Positions 47,786 to 62,018 of a stretch of DNA of 64,000 bases are shown in pieces; the first letter of the stretch is position 1; every line of letters starts with the position of its first letter. The notes beneath the pieces were generated by a model. It saw only the letters and a program-made list of their open reading frames with translations. It made no database searches and was not told where the DNA came from. The DNA comes from Eledone cirrhosa. Its lineage: Eukaryota. The translations under genes and the position numbers were made by a program. The stretch is from positions 36,952,001-37,016,000 of the forward strand of contig OZ024757.1 of the NCBI GenBank assembly GCA_964016885.1, in the 5' to 3' direction.

Positions 47786-50700
47786 CTGAATGAAATAAAC
47801 ATGGATTTTAATTAATCACTGTCTTACTAATTAACTAATTAACAAAATAAAAAAAACATTTAATATTTCTAATTAAAAACACTGGTTATGATTTTTAAAT
47901 AAAATCATTTAGTCATTTAGCATTTACATTACTCTGTATATACTATTGTATTTTCATGGGAAACACTTTATGCCACATAATATTGAATCTATGAGATTTT
48001 GATGTTATTTATTTTGAGAATAATACCTTAACATAAATATGAGCAGCCAGTTACAGCCAGTTTGAATAGTAAGAGGTGAGAGAATTCTGGCCGGTTTAAA
48101 TACTAAAGGGTTAATATTTCTGATTATAACACTGGATATGATGTAGAAATAACTTGGAAAATTATCAAGAATTGGATTTTTTCATTATTAAATTGGGGGT
48201 TTGGAACATAACTTAACAAAGGTCTTTATGTAAAATTATGATGGAAGGGGTTTAGAATGTCCCAAGAAAAATTGCTGGATAGATTTTATGGGCAAAACCA
48301 AACGGCAGGAAACCCAGGGGTAGACCCCGAGCAAGATGTTCAGATAACAATCCATGAGCTTGGCTGATCTTGCTTAGGGATCCAGCCAGATCAGTTGGAG
48401 ATGGTTGCTTTTGACAGGACCTGCTGGAAGGAGTGTTTGAGGACTCTGCTCCCACAACCCTCTCAGGAATAATTGGGCAAAGAAGGGTTTTAGATAAATA
48501 TAAACACTTTAAAACAGCTCAGCATTGTAGAATCAGGGTCTGTTTCAGGCAGATTGGTATCAAAAGAGTAAAACAAATACTTTAACCCTTTCAGTGTTAA
48601 ACTGATGGTTGGAGCATAACCTAACAAAGATCCTTATATAAAATTATGATGGCAGTTTTTAGATAAATATAAAAACTTGAAACCCTTTGTTAGCATATTT
48701 CTAGAAAAAGGCACTAGCTATGATATGATAAGAACCAGAACTAATACCACAACAGCATTTTCTCTGACTCTCAACCAATTTTGCCAACCAGCCATCCCAG
48801 CCCTCAAAATAATATTAATATTCACTTACAAGAAATATTTATTTGCATTGTCAATCTGCAAAATGGCTGCTTGGTTACCACATCTGTAGCAGTAGTTTGG
48901 AGCACTAAATACTGTGGCTACATTGTTATCATGACACAGACTGTAACCCTGGAGAAGAGAAAGGCATTTAGTAAGTAAACTTATATATCATCATCACCAT
49001 TTGACGTCCATTTTTCCACGCTAGCATGAGTTAGACAAGTTACATAATGAAGGTGAGTGTGCAGTTATCAACCATTTTACAAAATGGAGGAGGTGAATGT
49101 GTAGGTATCAACCATCTTACAACAAAAAACCCACCAAAATTCAGAAATTATAAATACCTGCATGACTAGCTGATGAGCTCGAGATATGAGTGAAAGTCTG
49201 TTGTTGTAACAGAAAAGTTCTGAAACAGATTTACCGAAGGTGTAACCAAGGCCACGAGGAGAAATGTTCCAGCCATTGTGAATATCAGGATCAGACCAAA
49301 GAAGATCACACATAGCACCCTGAAATAGAAGTTTTATATTTTCAGCTTCATCATCACAGCAGAGAGATTACTGAAGTGTTACGAGGGTAAATGTATGATG
49401 GCCGATTGACCAGGGATTTCGAGACTAGAAATGGGTAATAACTTAACCACTACCAAATTCCCCTGTTTGTATGAGTGTTGCCATATCCAGTAATCCTGGT
49501 ATATACAATATACCAAACCGAGTAATCCTGGTATATACATATCCAGTAATCCTAATATATACAATATACCAAACATAGACTCCACAAATTAAATATATTC
49601 AATGCTACTGACAGCCTTTGACCCTTCCTCAAAATTGCAGCCTACTATCAGTCATTCATCATCATCATCATCATCATCACCACCATCACCATTTTACATC
49701 CATTTTCCACATTAGCATGGGTTAGGTGACCATGTCTTGTTCATACAGTCATATAAAAATATATATATAGAACCCGTATGAGCAAGACAAGGTCAGCCGA
49801 CCGGACACTGCCCACAACAGGACAACCCGTCTAACCCATGCTAGCGTGGAAGAACGGGCGTAAAACGGTGATGATGATGATGATGATGATGAATCATCAT
49901 TTTCGCTAAGCATGGGTTGTCCATGCCGGTGAGGACTGTACATGCTTGCTCCTGTGACGACTATACATGCATGCTCCGGCAAGGACTATACATGCTTGCT
50001 CCAGCAAGGACTATACATATAAATAATTGTTTCTACTTTTGGCACAAGGCCAGCAATTACCCAGTACTTTATTTTATCGACCCCCATAAGGATGAAGGGC
50101 AAAGTTAACCTCGGTGGGATTTGAACTGAGAAGGGCCGTAACTCTATGTGTCAAAGCATGGCGTCCGACCCTCTACTGATACTGAATGAAAGAAAGTAAT
50201 ATATTTTTAAAATCTATATAATTGTTTCTATTTTTGGCTCAAGGCCAGCAATTTGAAGGGAAAGAGGAGAAAGTTGATTAAATTGACTCCAGTGCATTAC
50301 TGGTATTTTATTTTATTAACTACCAAATATAAAAACTGTGCCTACTTGTTGTGGTATTTCCTGTCTCCTGTACAAAGCATTAATGTCGTCAAGGGTTAGA
50401 ACTGAAGGGGACAACCCTCCATGTAAGCAGAAAATCTATGAGACAAAAAAAAAAAAGGAAAACACATTGGGAGAGTATTAAGGGCCAGGCTGAAGGTCAA
50501 AGAAATTTGACAAAGACTTACAACTATAAGAAGAACAAACATAACATTAGAATAGAATTTAATTGAGTGTTAAGCATGGCCACAGTCTAAATCAAGGCAG
50601 TGCCCCCAGTATGGTCGCTGTCTAAATCAAGGCAGTGCCCCAGTGTGGTCGCAGTCTAAATCAAGGCAGTGCCTCAGTATGGTCGCAGTCTAATGACTGA

Positions 50701-52171
50701 AACAGGTAAAAGAGTTCTTGGAGTTGATATGATTGACTAAATCAAAGCAGTACCCCAGTATGGCCACAAGTTTAATGACTAAAACAGGTAAAAGAGTTCT
50801 TGAGGTCAATATAATTGACTAAATCAAGGTAGTGCTCCAGTATGGTCACAGTCCAATGATTGAAACAAGTAATCAAATTAAATTAAAAAAAAGTAAACAT
50901 GGAAAACAGACTGCAAAGAAACAAAATCCCCCCCCAAAAAGAAAAGAAAAGAAGAGAAATCTTACTTCTTCATCTACCAATGCTGTTAAAGGAAGATAAT
51001 CGAAGAGATCTGTGAGATATTTCCAAACATCAACATTTCCATATTTAATTAGACATTCATCATAGAATCCATACACCTGTGTTATCTGTCTGCTTTCATG
51101 ATTTCCTCGAAGTATAGTAATTCTATCTTTATATCTAACCTGTTAGAATAGATACAAATGGAAAATGTTATCATCTTTTCAAGGGCGGTGCCACAGCATG
51201 GCCTCAGTCAGATGGCTGGAACAGGTAAAAGAGTATCACATTTCTATGTATCTAGCTTAACCTTTTAGCATTTAAACTGGCTGTATCTGGCCAGAATTCT
51301 CTCACCTCTTTCTGTTCAAACCAGCTGTAACTGGTCGCTCATACTTATGTTAAGGTATTGTTCTCAAAATAAATAATATTGAGATCTCATAGATTCGATA
51401 TTATGTGAGATAAAGCCTTAACTGTAAAAATATACTAGTAAACATAGAGTAATCTAAATGGTAAAGAGTTAATGTTTCTCTTCTCTTATCCCGTAACTCC
51501 TGATGACGTCATAGGGGCGCCATATTATTATACAACATTTCTATGGCATTTTAAAACCTGGTAGAGCTCATCTCCTCTCCAGGTCTGAATATAGCAGATT
51601 TCTTCTAGAGAAGGATAGAGTGTGGCAAAGAGACATAGAGGAAGAATTGACTCCGGTACTAGAATGTATATATACAATGATATAATGAAAATTATTGTGT
51701 ACAGTGTTCAGGTGCACTACAACTCATCAAAGGTGCATGTATAGTACATAGAATAATGTCAGGAAAGTGAACTGTGTAGGAGTCATGATATACACACAGA
51801 CACACACACATGGGAGGGGGAATATCAGAATATCAGGTGTAGTGTTGGCGAATTTCGGGAAGTAAAGAAGTTTTGAAGGATGCAGATGAAGATACTGACA
51901 ATTATGACGATGATGATTCCACAGAGAATGTAGACATTTTGTTATTATGAAGAAAATGTACCTTTAAAGCAACCAACAGTGTGACAGTCTCGACAGAGTA
52001 GTGGCCTCTGTCCACATAATCTCCCATAAAAAGGTAATTTGTGTCAGGTAATCGACCTCCTATACTGAAGAGCTCTATTAGGTCATAAAACTGTCCATGA
52101 ATGTCACCACAAACTGTTACAGGGCATTTCACTGATTGTACATTGTGTTCATTTGATAATATTTCTTTAGC
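47713..52171 (-). CDS. PPP2C: Ser/Thr protein phosphatase 2A catalytic subunit-like gene (divergent), exons 2-7; exon 1 not located
   Basis: Exons 52171-51962, 51139-50966, 50435-50346, 49319-49158, 48948-48830 and 47785-47713 (210/174/90/162/119/73 nt, matching the human PPP2CA exon sizes as I recall them). Motifs GDIHG, GDYVDRG, GNHE, HGG, RAHQ and SAPNYCYRC are present; the protein ends PDFFL*. Confidence 0.93.
48830..48948 (-). CDS. PPP2C: PP2Ac-like exon 6
   Basis: [33 protein letters not shown]. Confidence 0.95.
49158..49319 (-). CDS. PPP2C: PP2Ac-like exon 5
   Basis: [12 protein letters not shown]...[10 protein letters not shown]...[10 protein letters not shown]. Confidence 0.95.
50346..50435 (-). 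CDS. PPP2C: PP2Ac-like exon 4
   Basis: [30 protein letters not shown]. Confidence 0.93.
50966..51139 (-). CDS. PPP2C: PP2Ac-like exon 3
   Basis: [29 protein letters not shown]...[10 protein letters not shown]. Confidence 0.95.
51258..51472. mobile_element. piggyBac-like MITE (TTAA target site, CCCTTTAGCATTT-type TIRs; many copies)
   Basis: TTAACCTTTTAGCATTTA...TAAATGGTAAAGAGTTAA. Copies at ~1918-2144, 3535, 24080-24680, 27965-28146, 28505-29022, 42169-42733 and 47915-48114. Confidence 0.7.
51962..52171 (-). CDS. PPP2C: PP2Ac-like exon 2
   Basis: [31 protein letters not shown]...[21 protein letters not shown]. Confidence 0.95.
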
Positions 52172-52215
52172 CTGTAAAGAAAAGAAAATATATAATCATG
52201 GTGTACAGTGGTCCT

Positions 52216-52440
52216 GGGATGATATTTGCTTTCTCATCAGATAAAATAGGGAGACATGATTAAAAAACACTTGCGAGCAGTGAAGTGTTAATTTATAATA
52301 TGTTGATTTGACACTTCACTGCTCGCAAGTGTTTTTTAAGCTTCATATTTTATCTGATGAGAACGCAAATATCATCCCATGATGATATTTGTTTTTGAAA
52401 TGCGCATAATAAAATACATAGAACTCTTTTAACCATCTTT
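52216..52440. mobile_element. Fold-back element with hammerhead, next to a TA tract
   Basis: Inverted arms 52216-52290 and 52308-52378. Confidence 0.65.
52346..52416 (+). ncRNA. Type I hammerhead ribozyme, minimal palindromic stem III
   Basis: Stem I TATTTTAT/ATAAAATA; CTGATGA; 16-bp stem II with one mismatch around loop CCAT; GAA; ATGCGCAT; AUA site ending at 52408. Confidence 0.8.
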
Positions 52441-52475
52441 TGATTTTATATTATATAAATATATATATTTATATA

Positions 52476-52517
<42 letters not shown>

Positions 52518-55500
52518 AAATGTTTGTGTAATCATATCCTAGAAATAAATTATTTAAATATCCTTCATGTCTTTAATCACTTCTATGTGTCAGAAATCAA
52601 CATAAACTATAGGGTTTTTCTTCTGCAAACGATTAATTCATCTAAACGTAAATTACACAGTTTATATGATTGTTACTATATCCAGCAATCCTGGTAAATA
52701 CAGTCTACCAAAGCTAGTCTCTAAAAATTAAATACATTCAATACTATTGCTGTCATTATTAATGGCTCTGTTGCACTGGAATAAAATTGCGGGTGTGCAA
52801 AGTCAGATTAATTTTATAGTCAAAGGGAAGTAAATCTGTAAATATAGAAAGGACAGCCCGAACGTATTATCTGCCCCTGGTTGGTACGACAGTCCCTACT
52901 TGGGCGCTCTACTGGCTAAAAATATAAATAATAATTAAATAAATGAATAAAACTAGACTACTAAATATCAATGTATTCGCCATAATTACATTCACAACTT
53001 TATAATAAAACTTTAATGAAAAATAACGAAGTAAAAGTAAAATGAAAACCTAAACTTCGTGAAATTCCGGTAAAACTAGTGTTGTTTTGGCAGACGATAG
53101 CTACAAGTGTGTGTGTGTTTATATGTATATAGATTTATGTAGGTATGTATATAACATTTCTTTTATTTATTAAAATATTTGTTCTCCTCCGGCACCAAGA
53201 GATGGAGGGTAAACTAGTTGGAGGTGGCGGATACTCGTTCGGACGTCACACACATAGATAAATGCATACACACACGCGCACACACACACACACACACACT
53301 TAAACAAACATACATAGATGCATATATACATACATGCATACATACACACACACATACATATGTACATACTCACACACATAAACAAAGATGCCGGTTTGGC
53401 TCCATCGTGTTCGGACTTGATGTATGTATATATTTATTATTTACCACACCACATTAACTGAATATATATATATATGTATCTAATTCTAAATTAAAATTGA
53501 AACTGGTTAAATGAACAAAATGTTATACAACTTTTCGTACCGTGTCGTCTTGTTTTCTTTCATTTAATCACGGCATAACTCTCAACTCACCCTCCTTCAC
53601 TCTCTCTTATTATCACTCGTTCCCTTTCGTTCTCTTTTTGTTTTCCCTCTCTCTCACTCAGTCACCTTTTTCCCATTTCCCCCTCTATGTCATTCTCTCT
53701 CTCTCTCTCTCTCTGTGTACTCCCCTTCCTTTCACGTCGTATAATGTATTTCCTCTCTATCTCTCCTCATCCTCTCTTTCCTAGTGTCACTCTCTCACTC
53801 TTTTCTTGTCTCCCCCCTCTCTCACACACTCTTCCTTTTCTCCCCTTTCTCTCTTACTCTGTCTTTTCTCCCCTTTCTCTCTTACTCTGTCTTTTCTGCC
53901 CTTTCTCTCTCTTTTTTGCCCTTTCTCTCTGACTCTGTCTTTTCTCCTCCCTCTCTCTCTCTTACTCTGTCTTTTTTGCACCTCTCCCTCTCTCTTTCAC
54001 TTTTCTCCCCCTCTCTCGCTCTCTTACCCTGTCTTTCTCCCCCCTCTCTCTCTCAGATTATCTCCCCTTTGACTGTAAAATTTATCTGATTTGCACACCC
54101 GCAATTTTATTCCAGAGCCACAGTGCCGTCAATAATGACAGCAAAAGTATTGAATGTATTTAATTTTTAGTGACTAGGTTTGATATGTAGAATTAGCCAG
54201 GGTTACTAGATATAAGTACAATCATATAAACAAGGAAACTTGTGTTTTATTAAAGAAATTATGGTTTGCATAAGAGAAACCCTATAGTTTATGCTGATTA
54301 CAGATATAGAAGTGAATAAAGACAAGAATTATATTTAAACATGTATATATTTATGTATGCATGTATGTATATAAATTATAGTCTCATTTACAAAAATATT
54401 TTCTAATGTCGTGTTTAACATTTTACATTGAGTCGTCTGGTTTTCTTCCGTTTAAACACGACAACTCTCAACTAACACCTCTTTATAATAAACCTAAATA
54501 TTTACATGTCTACATGTATATTTATATATATACACACTTGTAACTGTCGTCTGCCAAACAACACGAATAGTTTTACCAGAATTTCACGAAGGTTACATTT
54601 TTATTTTAACTTGTCTTCGTTATGTTTCATTGAATTCAAATCCCGGCGAGGTTAACTTTGCCTTTCATAATTACGGAGTCGAGAAAATAAAGTACCAGTA
54701 ATGTACTGATAATTGCCGGCCTTGTGCCAAAAGTAGAAACAATTACGTAAAATAAAGAGAGAGATTAGAAGTGGAATTTAGAGAGGGGGAAAAATAATAA
54801 AAGGGAAATTGAGAGAGGGAAGACGTTAACACGTGAGGGAAAGAAAGAGTACACGTATTAAGCGAAGTGGGAATGAAAAGGTGAGAGCGACTGTTACGCA
54901 CGCGCTTACCTACGCTAAACAAACATACGCACATCCAAACATCCACAGGCAAAAACAGACATGCGCACGCATACGTCACACGCACTCACGAACATATCTA
55001 CACACACATACATATACTCAACCCCACCACATACATACACACATGCTGTTCCATAAACACACATACGACACCCACACATACATTCTCTCTCTCCACATAC
55101 ACACAAACATACACACATATGCGGCCATATAAACATACATACAAAACACACAAACATACATACATATACATATTCTCTCCCTCCACATACATACACACAA
55201 ACATATACTGCCCTACAAACACACATACGACACACACACACACACATGCACTCTCTCCCATCCTTACACACACATGTAAAGACAGACATACACACAAGGC
55301 TTGTAACTATCGTCTGCTGACTAAAGCACGAATACTTCTACCGGAAGTTTACGATTTTATTTTACGTTTATTTCGTTATTTTTCACTATTAATGTTTTAT
55401 TATAAAGTTGAGAATGTAATTATTGCGAATACATTGATGTTTTAATGTCGGGTGTTATTTATTTATTTATCTTGTTGAAGATATTTTTACCCGCCGAAGT

Positions 55501-57149
55501 AGGGACTTGGTGTAGTTCTGTTTGTTTATAGATTACCTCCACTTCGACTATAAAATTGGTCTGACTTTGCACACCCGCAATTTCAGAGAGTGTTTATGTT
55601 GGTTGGTGAGAAAGAGAGAAAGGAGACAGTGTGGCGGTAGGAGGGGGTCAGATGTGAAGAGAGAGAGGGCACTGAGAGGGAGAGAAAGGCATAGAAATAC
55701 ACTGGAGATGCACAGAGATAGGCAAACAGATAGAATGAGAGGGATGTTGAGAGAATAGAAGGTAATGCGGAGAGAGGGACGGAAGGGGAGACAAAGAGAG
55801 AAAACAAGAGGAACAATAAGAGAAAGAAGGGTTTGAGAATAAGAAAGAGAAAGAGAGGGAAGTAGAAAAAGCAGAATAAGTGAGAGGGGGAAACAAAAAT
55901 AGAGAGAAAGTCTATAGGAGGGAAACGGCGACAGAGAGAAAGAGACAAATAAGGAACGGGGGAGAGAGAGAGACAGTAAAGGCTGTGTGAGAGAAAGAGC
56001 CGGCAACACGAGAGAGAACGAATAGGCTGTGCGAGAGGGGAAAGAAAGAGAGAGAGTAAGACAGTAAGTAAACGAAGGGGAGTTAGTTGAAAGTTATGTC
56101 GTATTTAAATGAGAGAAAACCAGACACACAATATAAAATGTTAAACACGATATTAGAAAAATAATTTTGTAAATAGGACAATAATTTATAAACATACATG
56201 TATACCTAAATATATACATGTGTTTACAGCTTTATTTATATATATATATACACACTTGTCACTGTCGTCTGCCAAACAACACGAATACTTTTACCGGAAA
56301 TTCACGACGGTTAGGTTTTCATTTTAACTTTTCTTTGTTATTTTTCATTATAAAATTGTGAAAGTAATTATGGCGAATACATTGATGTTTTATAGTCGGA
56401 TTTTATTAATCTATTTATCTTGTTCGAAATATGTTTACCCGGTAGAGCGCCTAAGTAAGGACTTGGTTCTGTCTATTCTGCCCCCCCCCCCTCTCTACCT
56501 ATTGTCCCTCTCTCTTTCGCTCTTACTCTGTCTTTCTCCCCTCTCTCTCTCTCAAATTATCTCCCCTTTGACTGTAAAATTCCTCTAATTTGCACACACG
56601 CAATTTTACTCCGGCTACCAGAGCAACAGTGTCATCGATAATAACAGCAAAAGTATTGAATGTATTTAATTTTTAGAGACTAGGTTTGATATGTAGAATT
56701 TACCAGAATTACTGGATACGGGAAGAATCATCCCCAAATTTAGAAATTCATATTTTCATAATCTAGTTATTAACATAAGAGAAACCCTACAGTTTATATT
56801 GATTACTGACTCATTGAATTGATTAAAAGTGAAAATGATATTTTAATAATATATTTCTAGAATATAATTACAGAAATGTTCAACATGTATGGACAGATGA
56901 CATACAGGGATAAATGTATGAGTGAATTAGGAGAAATAACTTTTTACAGGACCCAGTGATTAGAAAGTAATATAATACATATGTATTTGTGTGTAAATAG
57001 ACATTTAAGTTAAGTTAAGACCTCCTTTGGTCAAGCTAACCGTGGGTAGTATCCTGTTAGCTTGGCTGAAGCAGTGTCTCCGGTGGCTCAACAGACTTAT
57101 ACGTGAGTGACAGTCTCTGTCACATAGAAAACATTTGTATATAGTCTCT

Positions 57150-57430
57150 AGTCTATTGGATTTATTGCGCTCCTTTCACCAGGCTCTCCTGTCTACTGCT
57201 GCAGTCATCAAACTCTCTTTCCCTGATTTCAGGTGTTGATTCAGGGTGATTCTCCATCTACGCCGGTCAGCTGTGAGGCCCTCCCAGGACTCTGTATTGA
57301 TCTCAATGGCCTCCATATCTCTCTTCACAATGTCCTTGTATCGCAGCGGAAGTCGACTAGTGGCTTTCTTTCTAGAGGCCAGCTCCCCATACAAGATGTC
57401 TTTGGGGATGCAGCCACCATTCATGTGGTA
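57150..57430 (-). mobile_element. RTE/BovB-like LINE fragment (duplicated at ~60780-61060 and 63900-64000)
   Basis: IPKDILYGELAS...LRYKDIVKRDM...WEGLTADRRRWR. Confidence 0.7.
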
Positions 57431-58636
57431 TAATGAATCCATGAATGTATATAAACATATATTATCTCAGAGAAGCCTGCTCAGTGCACTCTACATGTGA
57501 ATGGAGTTTCACTGAAGCAGGTGGAAAAGTTCAAGTATCTCGGGGCTGTGTTCACAAGTGATGGAAGGCAGGAGACTGAATTAAGGGCCAAGATTGCTGG
57601 AGCAGTAATGCGCCCGCTTCAGCATTCAGTAATCAGAAGAGGGGAGGTAGTTGTAAAAGCCAAACTTGTTATCTTCAATTCGGTATTCCTGCCAACCCTT
57701 ACCTATGGTCATGAATCTAGGGTGATAACCGAAAGTATACGATCGTGAATACAAGCGACTGAAATAGGGGTTCCTCTGAAAGGTCTTTGGAGTAACGTTA
57801 CTCTATAGAATGTGTAGTTCAGAGGTCAGTGAGTTGCTCCAGGTAGGGCTGCTACTTCTCTAATGAGATATCAGAGATCTGATACTATGGAGACCCAGGA
57901 GTTGACCCCAAGCAAGATGGTTGGATAACATCCATGAATTTGGCTGGTCTCACTTGGAGAGCCAGCCATGTCTTAAATGTATATTTAGGATAAAGATTAC
58001 AGAAAATAGCATAAAAAAGTTGTAAGTAAAGCATGCTATAAGTGAAAACCAAATGTTAGTTGATAAATATATATATATACATATTTATATCATCATCATC
58101 ATCATCGTTTAACTTCCATCTTCAACGCTTGCATGGGTTTGGACGGGAGTTTTCCCACTTGAGGCAAGAGTGGTTGTCTTGCTCGCATAGGACTGTGTGG
58201 CGGGTTTTCTACGGCTGGATGCCCTTCCTAACACCAACCACGTTTACAGTGTGGACTGGGAGGTTTTTACCGTGTTACCTACACGGCCACATTACAGTGT
58301 GAACTGTGTGTTTTTTTGTCGTGACACCTACACGACCTCATTTATTTCGGACTGGATGTTGTGGTACCAACATAACTTTACATTGAAAGGGATGGTGTGG
58401 ATGGGGTGGGGGTAGTGGGACGGGGGTGTATTTTTGTTAGAGGTGCCTTCTGACTGTAGTAGATTTCACTTTGTACTTAGGTAAGGCGGGTCTTCTGTAT
58501 TACTGTGTAGCGCCAAAGATCTCGGTCCGGTATATATATATATAATAAATACGGGATAACAAGTTATCGTTATAGGCAATCCACTTAGTGAATAAAGCCC
58601 TTATTGTACAGCCAACCATGTTACTCTTCTTTCTTG

Positions 58637-58695
<59 letters not shown>

Positions 58696-61600
58696 TATAT
58701 ATATTTAAAAGGAAAAGTTGTACCTCCAAAGGTACAACTTTTCTTTTAGGCTTGCTGAATCCCAGACTATTGTATAATCATTTATAGTGCTTCTGAAGAT
58801 GTATGATACTTTCTTCTACTCAGTATTATACATCTTTAAATAAATTAGAATAACATACATACACACAAACATATACTGCCCTACAAACACACATACGACA
58901 CACACACACACGCATGCACTCTCTCCCATCCTTACACACACATGTAAAGACAGACATACACACAGGCTTGTAACTATCGTCTGCTGACTAAAACACGAAT
59001 ACTTCTACCGGAAGTTTACGATTTTATTTTACGTTTACTTCGTTATTTTTCACTATTAATGTTTTATTATAAAGTTGTGAATGTAATTATTGCGAATACA
59101 TTGATGTTTTAATGTCGGGTGTTATTTATTTATTTATCTTGTTGAAGATATTTTTACCCGCCGAAGTAGGGACTTGGTGTAGTTCTGTTTGTTTATAGAT
59201 TACCTCCACTTCGACTATAAAATTGGTCTGACTTTGCACACCCGCAATTTCAGAGAGTGTTTATGTTGGTTGGTGAGAAAGAGAGAAAGGAGACAGTGTG
59301 GCGGTAGGAGGGGGTCAGATGTGAAGAGAGAGAGGGCACTGAGAGGGAGAGAAAGGCATAGAAATACACTGGAGATGCACAGAGAGAGGCAAACAGATAG
59401 ACAGAGAGGGATGTTGAGAGAATAGAAGGTAATGCGGAGAGAGGGAGGGAAGGGGAGACAAAGAGAGAGAACAAGAGGAACAATAAGAGAAAGAAGGGTT
59501 TGAGAATAAGAAAGAGAAAGAGAGGGAAGTAGAAAAAGCAGAATAAGTGAGAGGGGGAAACAAAAGTAGAGAGAAAGACTATAGGAGGGAAACGGCGACA
59601 GAGAGAATGAGACGAAGAAGAAAGGGGAGAGAGAGAGAAAGAGAGAGTAAAGGCTGTGTGAGAGGGGAAAGAAAGAGAGAGAGTAAGACAGTAAGTAAAC
59701 GAAGGGGAGTTAGTTGAAAGTTATGTCGTATTTAAATGAGAGAAAACCAGACACACAATATAAAATGTTAAACACGATATTAGAAAAATATTTTTGTAAA
59801 TAGGACAATAATTTATAAACATACATGTATACCTAAATATATACATGTGTTTACAGCTTTATTTATATATATATATACACACTTGTCACTGTCGTCTGCC
59901 AAACAACACGAATACTTTTACCGGAAATTCACGACGGTTAGGTTTTCATTTTAACTTTTCTTTGTTATTCTTCATTATAAAATTGTGAAAGTAATTATGG
60001 CGAATACATTGATGTTTTATAGTCGGATTTTATTAATCTATTTATCTTGTTCGAAATATGTTTACCCGGTAGAGCGCCTAAGTAAGGACTTTGTGTCTGT
60101 CTATTCTGCCCCCCTCTCTCTCTCTCTCTACTTTTTGTCCCTCTCTCTTTCGCTCTTACTCTGTCTTTCTCCCCTCTCTCTCTCAAATTATCTCCCCTTT
60201 GACTGTAAAATTCCTCTAATTTGCACACACGCAATTTTACTCCGGCTACCAGAGCAACAGTGTCATCGATAATAACAGCAAAAGTATTGAATGTATTTAA
60301 TTTTTAGAGACTAGGTTTGATATGTAGAATTTACCAGAATTACTGGATACGGGAAGAATCATCCCCAAATTTAGAAATTCATATTTTCATAATCTAGTTA
60401 TTAACATAAGAGAAACCCTACAGTTTATATTGATTACTGACTCATTGAATTGATTAAAAGTGAAAATGATATTTTAATAATATATTTCTAGAATATAATT
60501 ACAGAAATGTTCAACATGTATGGACAGATGACATACAGGGATAAATGTATGAGTGAATTAGGAGAAATAACTTTTTACAGGACCCAGTGATTAGAAAGTA
60601 ATATAATACATATGTATTTGTGTGTAAATAGACATTTAAGTTAAGTTAAGACCTCCTTTGGTCAAGCTAACCGTGGGTAGTATCCTGTTAGCTTGGCTGA
60701 AGCAGTGTCTCCGGTGGCTCAACAGACTTATACGTGAGTGACAGTCTCTGTCACATAGAAAACATTTGTATATAGTCTCTAGTCTATTGGATTTATTGCG
60801 CTCCTTTCACCAGGCTCTCCTGTCTACTGCTGCAGTCATCAAACTCTCTTTCCCTGATTTCAGGTGTTGATTCAGGGTGATTCTCCATCTACGCCGGTCA
60901 GCTGTGAGGCCCTCCCAGGACTCTGTATTGATCTCAATGGCCTCCATATCGCTCTTCACAATGTCCTTGTATCGCAGCGGAAGTCGACTAGTGGCTTTCT
61001 TTCTAGAGGCCAGCTCCCCATACAAGATGTCTTTGGGGATGCAGCCACCATTCATGTGGTATAATGAATCCATGAATGTATATAAACATATATTATCTCA
61101 GGGAAGCCTGCTCAGTGCACTCTACATGTGAATGGAGTTTCACTGAAGCAGGTGGAAAAGTTCAAGTATCTCGGGGCTGTGTTCACAAGTGATGGAAGGC
61201 AGGAGACTGAATTAAGGGCCAAGATTGCTGGAGCAGTAATGCACCCGCTTCAGCATTCAGTAATCAGAAGAGGGGAGGTAGTTGTAAAAGCCAAACTTGT
61301 TATCTTCAATTCGGTATTCCTGCCAACCCTTACCTATGGTCATGAATCTAGGGTGATAACCGAAAGTATACGATCGTGAATACAAGCGACTGAAATAGGG
61401 GTTCCTCTGAAAGGTCTTTGGAGTAACGTTACTCTATAGAATGTGTAGTTCAGAGGTCAGTGAGTTGCTCCAGGTAGGGCTGCTACTTCTCTAATGAGAT
61501 ATCAGAGATCTGATACTATGGAGACCCAGGAGTTGACCCCAAGCAAGATGGTTGGATAACATCCATGAATTTGGCTGGTCTCACTTGGAGAGCCAGCCAT

Positions 61601-61854
61601 GTCTTAAATGTATATTTAGGATAAAGATTACAGAAAATAGCATAAAAAAGTTGTAAGTAAAGCATGCTATAAGTGAAAACCAAATGGTCCAGTATATATA
61701 TATAATAAATACGGGATAACAAGTTATCGTTATAGGCAATCCACTTAGTGAATAAAGCCCTTATTGTACAGCCAACCATGTTACTCTTCTTTCTTGAATT
61801 TTATATATATATATATATATTATTATTATGTAATAAACAACATAGGGCAATTAT

Positions 61855-61912
61855 TCCATTTACCAGTGGTTTCTTAAAAGCAAAAGGTTTTGCTTTCAAT
61901 CCTCAGAATGAA
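61855..61912 (-). ncRNA. Type I hammerhead ribozyme (mirror copy in the left palindrome arm)
   Basis: Reverse complement of 62019-62076. Confidence 0.78.
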
Positions 61913-62018
61913 AAAATCCTGGTTTGTTTATTGAATTTGGATTATAAAAACCTAGGTTTTTGGGATTATAAAAACCTAGGTTTTTATAATCCAAATTCAA
62001 TAAACAAACCAGGATTTT

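Noticed and set aside
51497-51585. CTGATGA followed by two hairpins and GTC (hammerhead-like)
   Set aside because: GAA is replaced by ATTTTAAA and stem I does not pair; the related copy at ~43015-43110 lacks the core.
52441-53110. Candidate PP2Ac exon 1
   Set aside because: No frame resembling the LDQWIEQL..CK.L.E..VK.LC helix with a donor; ATG-initiated frames stop early.
56358-56588. Repeated MANTLMFYSRILLIYL ORFs as a secreted peptide family
   Set aside because: The frame is not conserved among module copies (stops and frameshifts at 52983(-) and 55420) and runs into CT repeats.
58707-58747. Hairpin AAAAGGAAAAGTTGTACCT-ccaa-AGGTACAACTTTTCTTTT as a terminator or pre-miRNA
   Set aside because: Too short for a pre-miRNA, and intrinsic terminators do not apply here; probably part of a TA-associated repeat.
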